Positions 44,522 through 55,998 of a DNA stretch of 64,000 bases are shown piece after piece. The stretch is from positions 248,001 through 312,000 of the forward strand of contig OW569368.1 of the NCBI GenBank assembly GCA_937625935.1, given 5' to 3'. The notes beneath the pieces are model-generated. The model was not told where the DNA came from. It saw only the letters and a list, made by a program, of their open reading frames with translations, and did no database searches. Within the stretch, counting starts at the first letter, position 1; each line of letters begins with the position of its first letter. The position numbers and the translations under genes are program-made. Source of the DNA: Tetramitus jugosus (lineage: Eukaryota; Protista; Heterolobosea).

Positions 44522-47500
44522 TTACTCAGGTGGTGTTTGATAACAGGTCCAGTTAGGAATTGATACCACATCTATAATCTTTTTCCTTCTCTTCTTCATT
44601 CGATCATCAATTGTTTTGTCTAATAGACGAAGTATGGCTGTAACTGTAGAAAGGAAGCTATCATTCTGAAGTGCGATCGATAGTAGCTGATGGAATCGAA
44701 CTTCTTCCAATTGCAGTGGATCATCGTTCACTTGAACAATCGTGGTCATCTCAAACATAAAATGACAAAGTTGTGCATGAGTGCTGACCAAATCCTCAAC
44801 TTGTGACCAAGAATCCTTGATGTTCAATCGAATGAACGCATAGAGAGCTGATGACAATTGTCTCATCGCACCCTGAATACCACATGTCGATAGATAAAAC
44901 GCGCTATTGGACGATTCATCGAACATGTCCATGACATGGAGTGACTTGTTCAATAGTTGAGTATTGGTGTCAAGCAATACAGAACCAACACAAGCATTGA
45001 TGGATGCCAAAATTTGACTCGAAGCTTTCTCCTTGTCTGATAAATCCCAGCCAAATGATCGCTTTCGATTTGTGCTTTGTGAGAGGTCGTTCTTGTTGTT
45101 GCTTTTGCTATTGTCAAGTTGAGTCGACGTAGGTGCTGCTTTCTTGACGGAGTCTGAGGGAGTCGAAGGAGCAGCTTCTGGCGTAGTTGTGGTGCTCTCT
45201 GCAGTTACATCACTGTCTTGAGATCGACTTGCATGGAAAGTTGGAAGAGGTATGACAACTCTGTTTCTTCTCGATCTTGCTCTCATTGTCGCTGACGCAG
45301 GTGATGCGACATCTGTTTCCTCAACAAATCGAGGAGATGTGAGTGGTGTCTTGCTCGTCGAGATTCTCAACGAGTCCAACACACGTCCATAGAACTCAAC
45401 CACTTCAGGCTCGTTGGATGAAAAGGTATTGTTCGTGTGACTCTTCTGAAATAGGAGATGAGACAACTGGAGACACTGTATTGTCAATGAGTCATCAATG
45501 AACTGTTTGGAATCGTCAATGTTGGGCTTCTGACGGTGATGCACCACATGAGTCAACTCTGTTTGGAAGTCCTTGAGTGGCTGATTCATCTCTCGAATAA
45601 AATCAGTGAATAGAGCCATGTAGGGCTCCTTCTTCGTATCTGTCACACCATTTGATATATTCTGAATAATCTTTGTGAGAAGCATCAGTGTTCTCTGTGC
45701 GTTCCGCTTGGGAGGCATTTGACAAATGTTGAACAAGTGAGGACTAATGATTGCAGGGCACAAGAATCGCAAAAAGAAGAGTGCACCGACACACATGGCA
45801 CCGCATCCCCACCGTTTCTCACCCTCCTCATACATGATTCTCATTACCATGCGCAACTCGTACGGGCAATGATTCAGGGAATAGGACGTTATTCCCTGCA
45901 GGAATCGTATGACAAACTGCTTTAGGCTCTCGAAATGAGTGTACTGAATCTGCTTTGCCTCCGCTTCCAACTCCTCCTTGGACAAGTGAGGTCTCTCTGA
46001 TTGTAGAGTGCCAGTGATTCGATCCAACGCAATCTCATAATCCACATCTTCAATCACAATCTTCAACAATGGTTGAGCGAGCATGGTCTGCAGGAACGAC
46101 AATCCATGAATCTTGAAATAAACGGTCACAAATCGAGTCGATACAGAATTTCTTCGAAACAGTGTTCCCTGATCGATCGAATTGTTCAACTCATCGATAA
46201 TGGCCACGGAACACAACTTTAGACTCTGATTGTACTGCACTGCTTCATCTCCACCTCCATTACCATCACTGTGGCTATTGTCCTCTGGTGCAACAAACTT
46301 GTCTGCCAACACAATCATGGCCACGACTTCATCCTCCTCCACCTTCAATATCGAATTGACAGTGTTGAGCAAGAGTTGAGCATTCGAACAGTACACATCA
46401 GAAAATGCACCATAGTCGGCCAATGAGGAAAACAGGCCCTTTCTCTTCTCAATTGACAATCGCAGACTCGATCGTCTATCCTTCTCCTTCTCTACCAAAT
46501 AGAAGAGTACTTTTTCAATGGATGATATCCATTTCAATCGATCCACTTCGGATGACGCATTAAACTTGCGACTCTCACTGTACAGATGATTGTCACAGAA
46601 TGATCATCATGATCACATTCAATAGCAGATGGATGATGATTTTGTTGTTTTTGTTGTTTGTTTTTGTTGTTGTTGTTGTTGGTTGTGTTAATCAGAGAGT
46701 TCCACCCATCACAAAACAAAATACAGGATGAACAAAAGCAACATACTTTGTCTCACCAGAGTCATCAATATTTAAAATGGTAAACTTAAAGTACTTTGAC
46801 AATTCCATGCCACTCTTTGTAATGTGCTTCAACGGATGAAACTTTTCCAAATTGTTGAACAGCATACTGCGACGATCTCTACGTCTAGGTGACACAATTG
46901 GATTCCCATTACTATTCGTACTCGTATTATTGTTATTGTTGTTGTTATTATTATTGTTGTTGTCACTCAGTAGTGGAGAGTTGGGTGAAATGACAAATAG
47001 TTGATTATCCATCATGGAAGAATCAACACTGCTACTACTACTACTATTATTATTATTATTGGTGTTGAGTAGGCCATTGTTCATTGACATGTAATCACTC
47101 ATGTGACTCCTGTACTTTCTCTTGTATGATGCAAATACTTTGCTAATGTCCAATTTGACTTCATCTTCCTTGGATGATGAAGAGTCAGTGCTAGAGTCAT
47201 CATCATTGTTGTTATTGTTGTTGCCCAACAAGAGTGATGATAACTCTGGTTGAACCACTGTTTCAAATGTCTTGTATGTAAGACCGAGTTGAGCCACTTG
47301 ATTGTATTGGTGAACCAATTGGACAGATGTGTGACTGGGGTGCAACACAATCTTTCCTATTGCTTTACTGCCCTTTGATTTTCTAACAATTGTTATCAGT
47401 GTGATTGATGATTATGATTATGATTATTATTAATTGTTGTTGTTGTTGTTGTTGTTGTTTGTATATCATATCATCATAATGAATTCAAAAAGTATGTGTG

Positions 47501-47892
47501 AGTATGAGACAGAGAGAGAGATGAACAATGTGTTTAACAATGTGATGATTGGTCTCACAATAGTAAGTAGTAGTAGTAGTTGTTGTTGTTGTAGTGAATA
47601 AACATACGAGTAGGATAATGTTCCATCTGTTCTCAACTCGAACCACCTCGTCTTCCAATTCTTCACCTTGGATCCCTTCTTTTGCAAGTTGCCACTATAG
47701 GCAATATCTATGTCATTCATAATGATGATGATATCATTGTTGTTTGTACATGCATGTGTGAGGTCAATTGAATGATATCAAGATGTTGTTTTTTGGTTAA
47801 AATACATGTATATGCACACGTGATGAATGACGAATATATGTATATATAATAGATGATACGTTACCTCCATCTTTCCAAGAGCGATGTGACAT
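44522..47892 (-). CDS. PH-domain + RasGAP protein, at least 4 exons (introns 47864-47708, 47607-47383, 46746-46578)
   Basis: PH start GNLQKKGSKVKNWKTRWFEL and PH end FNASSEVDRLKWISSI. The RasGAP domain has the arginine finger TLFRRNS, FFLRFLCPAIISP and KIIQNISN. Confidence 0.9.
46620..47610. repeat. Dense trinucleotide/dinucleotide microsatellites (TTG, TAG, TAT, GA) in RasGAP exons and introns
   Basis: For example (ttg)n at 47434-47460, (tag)n at ~47568-47580 and (tat/tac)n at 47030-47060. Confidence 0.85.
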
Positions 47893-48415
47893 TTGTGTTG
47901 CTACGACTGTTGAATGATTTTGGGTTGAATTTTTTTGTTGCTGTGATTGTTTGTTGGTCAAAAAGGTTTTGTGTTTGCTCGTTTGAGGCATAACACGCGG
48001 TGTGTGGTGCAATCATCACACCACCATTTCCTTTCCAACAGAGAGGCACAGATTTCTTCCTCAGCTGCGTAATCCTCACGCTACAAAAATGCGACCCGGT
48101 GACAGCCACCGCGGGGAATTGCAACATCGGGATAGCCATGACATTTGACGAGGTTTCTGTCGGAGGAAATAAAAAACGCTCGTAGAATTGATAGCGCGCC
48201 AACAGTTTGACATTTGAAGCAATGACATTGAACCAACAAATTTACCTGTGCGGCATTTTCGAAGCTGTGTGCTCAACAAAGAGACGTTATCATCACCACC
48301 AACAGAGAGCAACAACAACCAACAAGAAGCATCAACAACAAGCAATCATCATCGTCATCTTAACATGTCACGCACACTTCAAACCACACGATCCAACATT
48401 TGTGTGGTTGCCATC

Positions 48416-50464
48416 ATGAATTTGACCACCACCACTCTCATACTGCTCATGCTTCTGGGTCTAATAAGCATGACTCATACAAACAATAGTGTCAACGCAC
48501 TAAACATCAAATTCGACTTGAGACACATTCTAGATCCAGTCAATGAAATATGGGAAACAAACAGTGCCTACTCCAGATCCTGTTTCTCCACCAATTCGAC
48601 ATCAAACACATTTGTCAGAGGAGGATCATCAACCGATTCACTGTTGCATCAGTGTGATGTCACCGATGATCCAACTCTACTCAACGTTCCACTCACCGAT
48701 TGCTATCGCGATTGTAGTTCATGGGACATGATAACACCAGCACTTGTCTCACGTGTCCAATCCTTTACATCTACTCTCAAGAAACAAGTAGAGGCACTGT
48801 TTCCATTGAAGAATGAATCATGGGTCAATCAATGGCCAGGCATCATTGGCCAGACAGTGTGTGATTCATCCATGGGATACACTGTCCCTATACCATCTGA
48901 ATACATGAATGCATCCACCACTACCACTACCACTACTACTACTACGAGCAACAATGATACGTATGACACTGTGATATTTGTCACAATGAGACCACAGGAG
49001 GAATATGTCAAGGGACATGGCAAATACTGCTTGACATCACCAGAGCAAGACAATAGACCCATCATGGGCATTCTCAACCTATCGCCTCGCATCCTGTCCA
49101 TCAACAAACAGTCCACGATTGAGGCCATCATGCTGCATGAAACAATGCACATTCTAGGTTTTCATGTGGACTTGTTCCGTACGAGACCACGCATGACACT
49201 AACGAAATCACTGGGCAACTACAATGAAGTGCTGTACACTGTGAGTTCACCCATGGCACTCCAGCAAGCCAAGCAATTCTTTGCCTGTTCCACCACGGAT
49301 GGCATACCATTGGAGAACAAGATTTCAAAGGGTCAACCCATCTATGATCACATGCACACGAGAGATTCACTGCCCATCAGTCAGGTACCAGAGGACGAAA
49401 AGGCGTTTTCACTGCTGGAGAAGACCATTTTTGGTAATGATTTGATGACGGGAACGTACTCTGGTGCCGATTGGCCCTATGCACCAGTGATTGGTATTGT
49501 TACACTGGGGTTGATGGACGATTTAAACTATTATAATGTGTCATATGATTCATCTGTGCTCATTGCACGTGAATCTTCTCTCTCAGACTACTTTGACGAG
49601 AGCGGTAGCAACAAGTACGGTTATCGCATGGGTTGTTCCTTCTTGACTCAGCGGTGTGAACAGTGGAGCAAGCCGAGTGGCTACTTTTGTGATTCTACTG
49701 AGGTGCTTGACGCTGACAATAGTCGATACTGTCTGTATGATTCCACTCGGAAAGCAGCGTGCACTGTCGTGTCATACAATACGGCACTACCCGAACGATA
49801 CAGGCACATCAAGGGCTATGCCAACATGGGCAGTTCGGACGAGTGGAGAGATTATTGTCCCATGCCTCGAGTCATGTCCGGAGACAATTGTGCCACAAAG
49901 TCATCCTCGGTCAATGCGGCCAAGAACACGAAAAAGTATGGTGAGCAGTATGGAAGCAACTCCAAGTGCTTCATCAGTAGTGTCAACCGTGATATTTATG
50001 CACTCGAGGAACAGTATGCTCGGTGTTATGAGACGGCGTGCGGACCCATGGAACAACAAGGCACAACTCAATCTGTGACGTACTTGTTCATCAAAGTGGG
50101 TGATTCGATATGGCGAAAGTGCCCGTTGGAAGGTGGTGCGATCACCAACGATTTTGATCGCTTCTCGGGTCAAGTCATTTGCCCACATGTTGACATCTTG
50201 TGCCCAGCGGGAACCGTCACAGCCAACTTTAACGATCAAATTGTTCAAGACAGTTTATCAAAGACAAAGAAACCGACTCCCATCGACAACATATCCGTTC
50301 CGTTCTGGGTATGGATCATTGTCGGTGTTGTTGCTCTGGTCATCGTATTGATTCTGTTGTCCTGTGGTGGATTCTTCCTGTACAGGAAGCTACAGAACAG
50401 AAGACGTTGGAACTCGAAGAACACTGTAGATTTGCGCGTAACGGATGTAGATATTCGCCACTGA
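48416..50464 (+). CDS. Leishmanolysin/GP63 (peptidase M8) family type-I membrane protein
   Basis: Signal peptide, RPIMGILN, HETMHILGF, Met-turn GNDLMTG, Cys-rich C-domains and a C-terminal TM followed by a basic tail. Confidence 0.88.
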   Translation: MNLTTTTLILLMLLGLISMTHTNNSVNALNIKFDLRHILDPVNEIWETNSAYSRSCFSTNSTSNTFVRGGSSTDSLLHQCDVTDDPTLLNVPLTDCYRDCSSWDMITPALVSRVQSFTSTLKKQVEALFPLKNESWVNQWPGIIGQTVCDSSMGYTVPIPSEYMNASTTTTTTTTTTSNNDTYDTVIFVTMRPQEEYVKGHGKYCLTSPEQDNRPIMGILNLSPRILSINKQSTIEAIMLHETMHILGFHVDLFRTRPRMTLTKSLGNYNEVLYTVSSPMALQQAKQFFACSTTDGIPLENKISKGQPIYDHMHTRDSLPISQVPEDEKAFSLLEKTIFGNDLMTGTYSGADWPYAPVIGIVTLGLMDDLNYYNVSYDSSVLIARESSLSDYFDESGSNKYGYRMGCSFLTQRCEQWSKPSGYFCDSTEVLDADNSRYCLYDSTRKAACTVVSYNTALPERYRHIKGYANMGSSDEWRDYCPMPRVMSGDNCATKSSSVNAAKNTKKYGEQYGSNSKCFISSVNRDIYALEEQYARCYETACGPMEQQGTTQSVTYLFIKVGDSIWRKCPLEGGAITNDFDRFSGQVICPHVDILCPAGTVTANFNDQIVQDSLSKTKKPTPIDNISVPFWVWIIVGVVALVIVLILLSCGGFFLYRKLQNRRRWNSKNTVDLRVTDVDIRH

Positions 50465-51207
50465 ACAATAGGTCTATTCCACCTATGCCTCCAAATGGGT
50501 TGTGCTGGGCTGTAGTTCAGATACTGAACTGGAACCAAGCGCACATCCAAGAAAGAAATAAATGCTTCACGGCCACAACCGGTTTACAAAACCACCTATT
50601 CAGGGTCCGCCGAACCAAACTGAACTGTCCGTTGAATGCCAAATCGACTCAATCGGATGTTTCGCGATCGATTTCTGTTGATTGGTGATAGGAACGGTAA
50701 CAAAATCCTGGTCGAGAAAAGTCTCTTTCCTCCCTTTTGGAATGATTGATGATGCGTAGAGTTGTTGACCTTTCGATCTTTTGGTAATGCTCTGTCTTTT
50801 TTGGCTTGCAGCACAAAATTGTTAATTCCCACCTTCCAGAATAAAATGCGCGACTTTTTATTTGCCAACAAGAGACCACCAGCGGAGCATGAACGGTCCA
50901 TATTCCGCTTTGAAATATCTATCGACTCCCGTAGTGGACTTGTTCCACATCACCCGATTGAGTGATGTTGAATCACTTTGAAAGAGCTCGCCTCCCTTTC
51001 GGCCTTGGCGAACACATAAACGCACCCCCCACACATTGCCTCCACCTCACCACACCAACCTTCGATATCATTTGCTGTTGTGACACTCACATGTACTTTG
51101 AACAAAAAAACCAACAACAATAACAATTTTAACAACCCCAAATACAAAGACAAACCAAGCCAGTTGTAACTGATTTGAACAAAGAGCCCAACCAACGACC
51201 CACCACC

Positions 51208-52548
51208 ATGAACAGACAACAACCAATGAGCAAGTTTGAGCCACAAAGTCAAGGACCATTACCCACCAATCCATTCTGGCCCTCATCCCAAAACCACCAC
51301 CACCAGCAGAATAACCACCAGAACAACCATCACCACAGTTACTATCCATCCAGCTGCGTGAACAACCTGCAAAATGGTCAACCTTTTAGTTTTTCCCATG
51401 GGAGTCACAACAACACGACGTCGAGTTATCGCACCAACAACAACACCACCACCACCACCGCTCATGACTCTCCATCCTACCTCCATCACAACAAGAACAA
51501 CGACCCGTTGATGTGGATGAACAACAGCAGTGGACAGCAACAACAACAACAGCAGCAGAACCCAGAGAATTGGTTGCCACTGTCCTGTATGGAACCCATG
51601 ATTCAAGTGCCTGGTCCCACGAGCAACACTCATGCTCTCTTTCACCATTCCTTTTCATTTTCTTACAAGTCATCGTCATCATCATCGTCCCTTTCGTCAT
51701 CCAGTACTTCTTCAGCTGCTTGCAACAGCTCCAGCAACTCATTGCCCACTTTGACGACAACAACAAGCACGACCATGGTGACAACAACACTGACGACGAC
51801 AAGTGAGACTTCATTGACTTCTCTCGCCTGCTGTGATAGCACTAGCAATACAACCACTGTTATTTCTAGGGCCAAGCCAACTACCACCACCAGCACCACC
51901 ACCACAACAACAACAACAAATGATGACTCTTGTCACAATAACAATAACAACAACAATAAGAAGAGAAAATGGTGTAGTAGTGTGGATGAACAGCAGAGTG
52001 ATGACAACAACAACAACACAAAAAAGAAGAGAATGATGAAGGAACAAGGTTCAAAGATGACGCCCACTGGTTCTGTTACAGCTGCTGACTATTGTATGGA
52101 ACCAGTCATGTGTGACTCTCCAACTGCATCCAAAGCAACAGCAACTGTTCGTTCAAAGGAAACAAATGACAAGGACTTTTATTATTACTCGACTAGTAGT
52201 TGTAGTGATACTGAGAGCACAGCAAGCAACGGTAGCAGAAGCAACAGAAACTATGCCAACAACCACAACCACAACCACCACAAGAAGAGTGCTCATCACT
52301 CAACTGGTCAACAGAGAAAGAACAAGGGCATGTGGACCTTGGAGGAACATGAACAATTTCTGTTGGGATACAGCATGTATGGTAACGATTGGAAAAGAAT
52401 ATCCAACGAGTTTGTCAAGACTCGCTCCAGGAGTCAACTCGCCTCTCACGCTCAAAAATATTTTTGTAAGCAAAAGAGAGTGGACCATATGAATGACCAT
52501 GAGAAATTGAGCATGGAGTCCAAGACTAGGAGTCTATTCTTTCAATAA
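51208..52548 (+). CDS. Single-repeat Myb transcription factor, SHAQKYF class
   Basis: GMWTLEEHEQFLLGYSMYGNDWKRISNEFVKTRSRSQLASHAQKYF. Confidence 0.93.
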   Translation: MNRQQPMSKFEPQSQGPLPTNPFWPSSQNHHHQQNNHQNNHHHSYYPSSCVNNLQNGQPFSFSHGSHNNTTSSYRTNNNTTTTTAHDSPSYLHHNKNNDPLMWMNNSSGQQQQQQQQNPENWLPLSCMEPMIQVPGPTSNTHALFHHSFSFSYKSSSSSSSLSSSSTSSAACNSSSNSLPTLTTTTSTTMVTTTLTTTSETSLTSLACCDSTSNTTTVISRAKPTTTTSTTTTTTTTNDDSCHNNNNNNNKKRKWCSSVDEQQSDDNNNNTKKKRMMKEQGSKMTPTGSVTAADYCMEPVMCDSPTASKATATVRSKETNDKDFYYYSTSSCSDTESTASNGSRSNRNYANNHNHNHHKKSAHHSTGQQRKNKGMWTLEEHEQFLLGYSMYGNDWKRISNEFVKTRSRSQLASHAQKYFCKQKRVDHMNDHEKLSMESKTRSLFFQ

Positions 52549-53093
52549 ATAGTAAATATGTGAAATAGATTCTTGAAGTTCATCTTGAACTCCATTTGAT
52601 TCAGTTGAGCTATTCCATTTATGGACGGTCCTCCACAGTTGATTAGCGCCTCCTTTCTTGTTGTGATATGTAGGATTCTCAACTGTCATATACCAATGAT
52701 GATATTCTTACTTTCGAAGAGGCCATTTAATGATTCATTTCATTAATAATGATTAGAACAGGTAGGACATGGCTGTGAATTAACTTCAATAATGTTGAAT
52801 TGTTGAATCAAAACTCCGGTTTCTCATTGTTGATAGAAATATTGATTGATTTTGAAGGATGCTCAGGACTCTTCTCTCAATAATTGTAGATGAATGACCA
52901 GGTTCCAGTTCCATCGTTGAAGAAGACGCAAAAATTACTTTTAGAAGAAAAAAAAAATCAAGAAGAAGAAAAAAAAGGCGCACCACCACAACACATCAAT
53001 CAAACACACACAATCCAATCCAATTCGATTGACATCCACCACCACCCTTCTTCAAACTACAACAACAACAACAACAACAGTAGAACAATCATC

Positions 53094-53353
53094 ATGAGTG
53101 ACAATGAAATCAAAAGACAAGTATGGAATGGATATATACCCATTGTGTTCAACATGCTATCACACGAGGTCACATCCATTCAATCTCCTCACCCACTCTA
53201 TGTCATGATCCCTCGACACAGTTATCTCCCATTGTACATTGATCAAGTGAAACAACACTTTGAACACTATGTATCACTACCATTTGCACAAAATGTTGTT
53301 CAACAATCATCATCATCATCAACTGCTACTACAACTACTGCTATTGCTGCTAA

Positions 53354-53384
<31 letters not shown>

Positions 53385-54401
53385 GGAGGTAATTCTTCCA
53401 TGACTCCCTCTTCTCCCTCCTCATCCAATTCACCATTGCCTCTTTCATCATCTACAACAAGTGATCCAAATACATCAACGAATAGTAGTAGTAGTAATAG
53501 TAGTAACAATACAACAACAACAGCAGGTGACAATGACAATTCATCAACATCATCCTCATTTCTCTCCTCACTGCACAACATGATATGGTTCTCCAATGAA
53601 TCAGAAGAAACACCATTGAAATGGAATCTTCCAGTAGGAGTATTGTATGATGCCCATGTGTTGTCTAGTGTGATGATGATGAAGATGAAGATGATGAATG
53701 AACAGGATACAGACATGAGTGAAGATGCAACAAACAATGACGACATGAGAATCCTAATGACAAGGGGTGACAATTGTCCATGGAGAATCACTGTTCATTT
53801 TCATTCATTCCCCGATCAACAAATTGTTCGATTCAAGAATGAGAGTGACATTCAATGGAATTACATTAATTCACTCAAGGAATCATTCTATATCCAGTAC
53901 ATGGATATGAAACCGATCATGACCATGTCCAAACCAGATCAGGTCAAACTGTGGAGCAGCATCAAGGAGTCTCAATTGTCAGACTATGAACAATCATTGT
54001 TTTCATCATCATCATCATCCAATAACAATAACAACAATAACAACAATAACAGTAATAGCAGTAACAGTGCTCATCAATTGTCTATTCGACTCATTATGCT
54101 CATTCATTCACGAGGCAATCATTCAACGACAAACAACTATCATTTGGAACAAAAGACTACATGTGTTCCTAGCCATAGCAACAATAGTGGTCAAGAACCA
54201 TTGACACTCGCAAGGTATCTGGATGTGCAACAAGAGAGACTGTCACAATTCCCAACAACATCATCCTACCGATTGAACAAGAGAAGAGTCATGGTGCAGG
54301 GCGTGCAACCACCCATGGACACTCACATGACATGGCTCTCTCAACACTTGTCTCATCCAGATCAATTCCTCTATGTTGTTGTACCAGTGAATTGTGATTA
54401 A
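53094..54401 (+). CDS. ATG5: Autophagy protein 5
   Basis: VWNGYIP, PRHSYLP, PLKWNLPVGVLYD, PWRITVHF, the conjugation Lys in NSLKES, and C-terminal WLSQHLSHPDQFLYVVV. Confidence 0.92.
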
Positions 54402-54654
54402 TGACTTCACCACACATGACTACATGACTACCATTATTACCACTACGGCCACTTTCTTTAATAAAACAATGATACATAAGACGACGTTTGAGATGAACCT
54501 TGGGCCAATTTCGCACCTCCGAAGGACTTGTGCTCCAACGCAACGGACTTTATTCCACAAGGGGCATCAGAAATCATTGCAATCATCATCGCAACAACAA
54601 CACCACTACCATAAGAAAACAACACCCAACACACAAAAAACAAACACATAAAAC

Positions 54655-55446
54655 ATGGCTTCACAAGAGGACGTTCACAAGTGCTGCAAGAGTGGTCACA
54701 TTCACACGGGCACACCAACTGGTACCATGACTCGCATCTGTGGATTGGAGACCTATGTTGCCACTGCTCATCAAAAGAATAGCAGTAGCAGTGCGACGAC
54801 AATCAGAGAACAGAGAACAGCAGTCTTGTTCCTTCATGACGCATTTGGACTACCATTCATCAACAATCAACTGTTGGCTGACACGTACGCAGAGCAGGCA
54901 CAAGTCGATGTGTACTTGCCAGATTTTCTGGAGGGTGACTCCGTTCCTGTATCCATATTGAGTGATCCTGATCGTCGTGCAGCCTATGATTTTGGTGCTT
55001 GGGCCGCTAGACACAGCAGACCACACTGCTCTCCCATGATTGAGTCATTCTGTCGAGAGTTGAGAGAGAATCATGGTGTGCAAAAGTTGGCTGCTGTTGG
55101 ATTTTGCTGGGGTGGTTGGGCTGCATTGCACCTGGGAGCTACTGACTTGGTGGATGCAGTTGTTGTGCATCATCCTTCCATGTTGAACATTCCAGATGAT
55201 GTACACAATTTGAAGAAGCCAAGCATGTTCCTCTGTGCAGAGACAGATCATCAATTGCCAGAGGACAAGCGCACTACTGTTCAACAGATTCTAGAACAGA
55301 AGGATATTGAGTCTGTATTCAAGGTTTATCCAGGAACACTCCATGGTTTTGCTGTTCGCTTCAACGGCACAGACACTAGTGCTGCTGAGGCTGCAGAAGA
55401 TGCCAAGAATATGAGCATTGAATTCTTCAAGACCCACTTGGCTTAA
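54655..55446 (+). CDS. Dienelactone hydrolase family (AIM2/CMBL-like)
   Basis: GFCWGG nucleophile, ETD acid, HGFAVR His, and HDAFG. Confidence 0.92.
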   Translation: MASQEDVHKCCKSGHIHTGTPTGTMTRICGLETYVATAHQKNSSSSATTIREQRTAVLFLHDAFGLPFINNQLLADTYAEQAQVDVYLPDFLEGDSVPVSILSDPDRRAAYDFGAWAARHSRPHCSPMIESFCRELRENHGVQKLAAVGFCWGGWAALHLGATDLVDAVVVHHPSMLNIPDDVHNLKKPSMFLCAETDHQLPEDKRTTVQQILEQKDIESVFKVYPGTLHGFAVRFNGTDTSAAEAAEDAKNMSIEFFKTHLA

Positions 55447-55998
55447 AAACTGTGGCCACTATATTCAAGTAAAACTCTTTGTGAATGAATGGGTTCAGGC
55501 AACACAAAGCTTTTCTGAAATCACACAAGACAACAAGATGACCTAAACAACATCATGTTAGATTTGTTTCTACAAGCCGATCACGATTAATTATCATCGC
55601 CCAATAAAAGTCATCCTATTGTACAGAGATTCCAAAATCGCACGAAAAGAATTCGCCGATACAAAGTTAGGTATATTGTTAATTTATGGTATTTAAATAA
55701 TATGTCTAAATTAATATGATCTAAATTTTATTTAAATATATTTATATACTATATATTTCTTGTTGTTTGTTTGTTTACGATGTCGTTCAGTGTTTATCTG
55801 TCGCGCTGTCCAACTCTGTTTGTTTGGGTTATCTTGATTCTTTAGTGTATTTTCGAGTTTAACTTTCCGTTTAACACTGCAAGTGCTCCCTCCTGTCGGA
55901 AATTCAACTCGTGTCGAAGGAGTGGAGAGGACGAAGAAGACTAGGAGGACGAAGACACAAGCACGCTGCACTGGAGATGTGTTTGGTTGGGCAGGACT

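Noticed and set aside
50514-50530. Hairpin AGTTCAG-ata-CTGAACT after the GP63 stop
   Set aside because: A 7-bp stem is expected by chance in 64 kb, and no SECIS or other consensus is present.
52690-52790. ATGATGA box-C-like word in the Myb-ATG5 spacer (possible C/D snoRNA)
   Set aside because: There is no properly placed CTGA box D or terminal stem, and TGATGA is very common in this sequence.
46900-54070. Tandem short repeats considered as a CRISPR-like or functional array
   Set aside because: They are simple trinucleotide microsatellites encoding homopolymer tracts, with no repeat-spacer periodicity.
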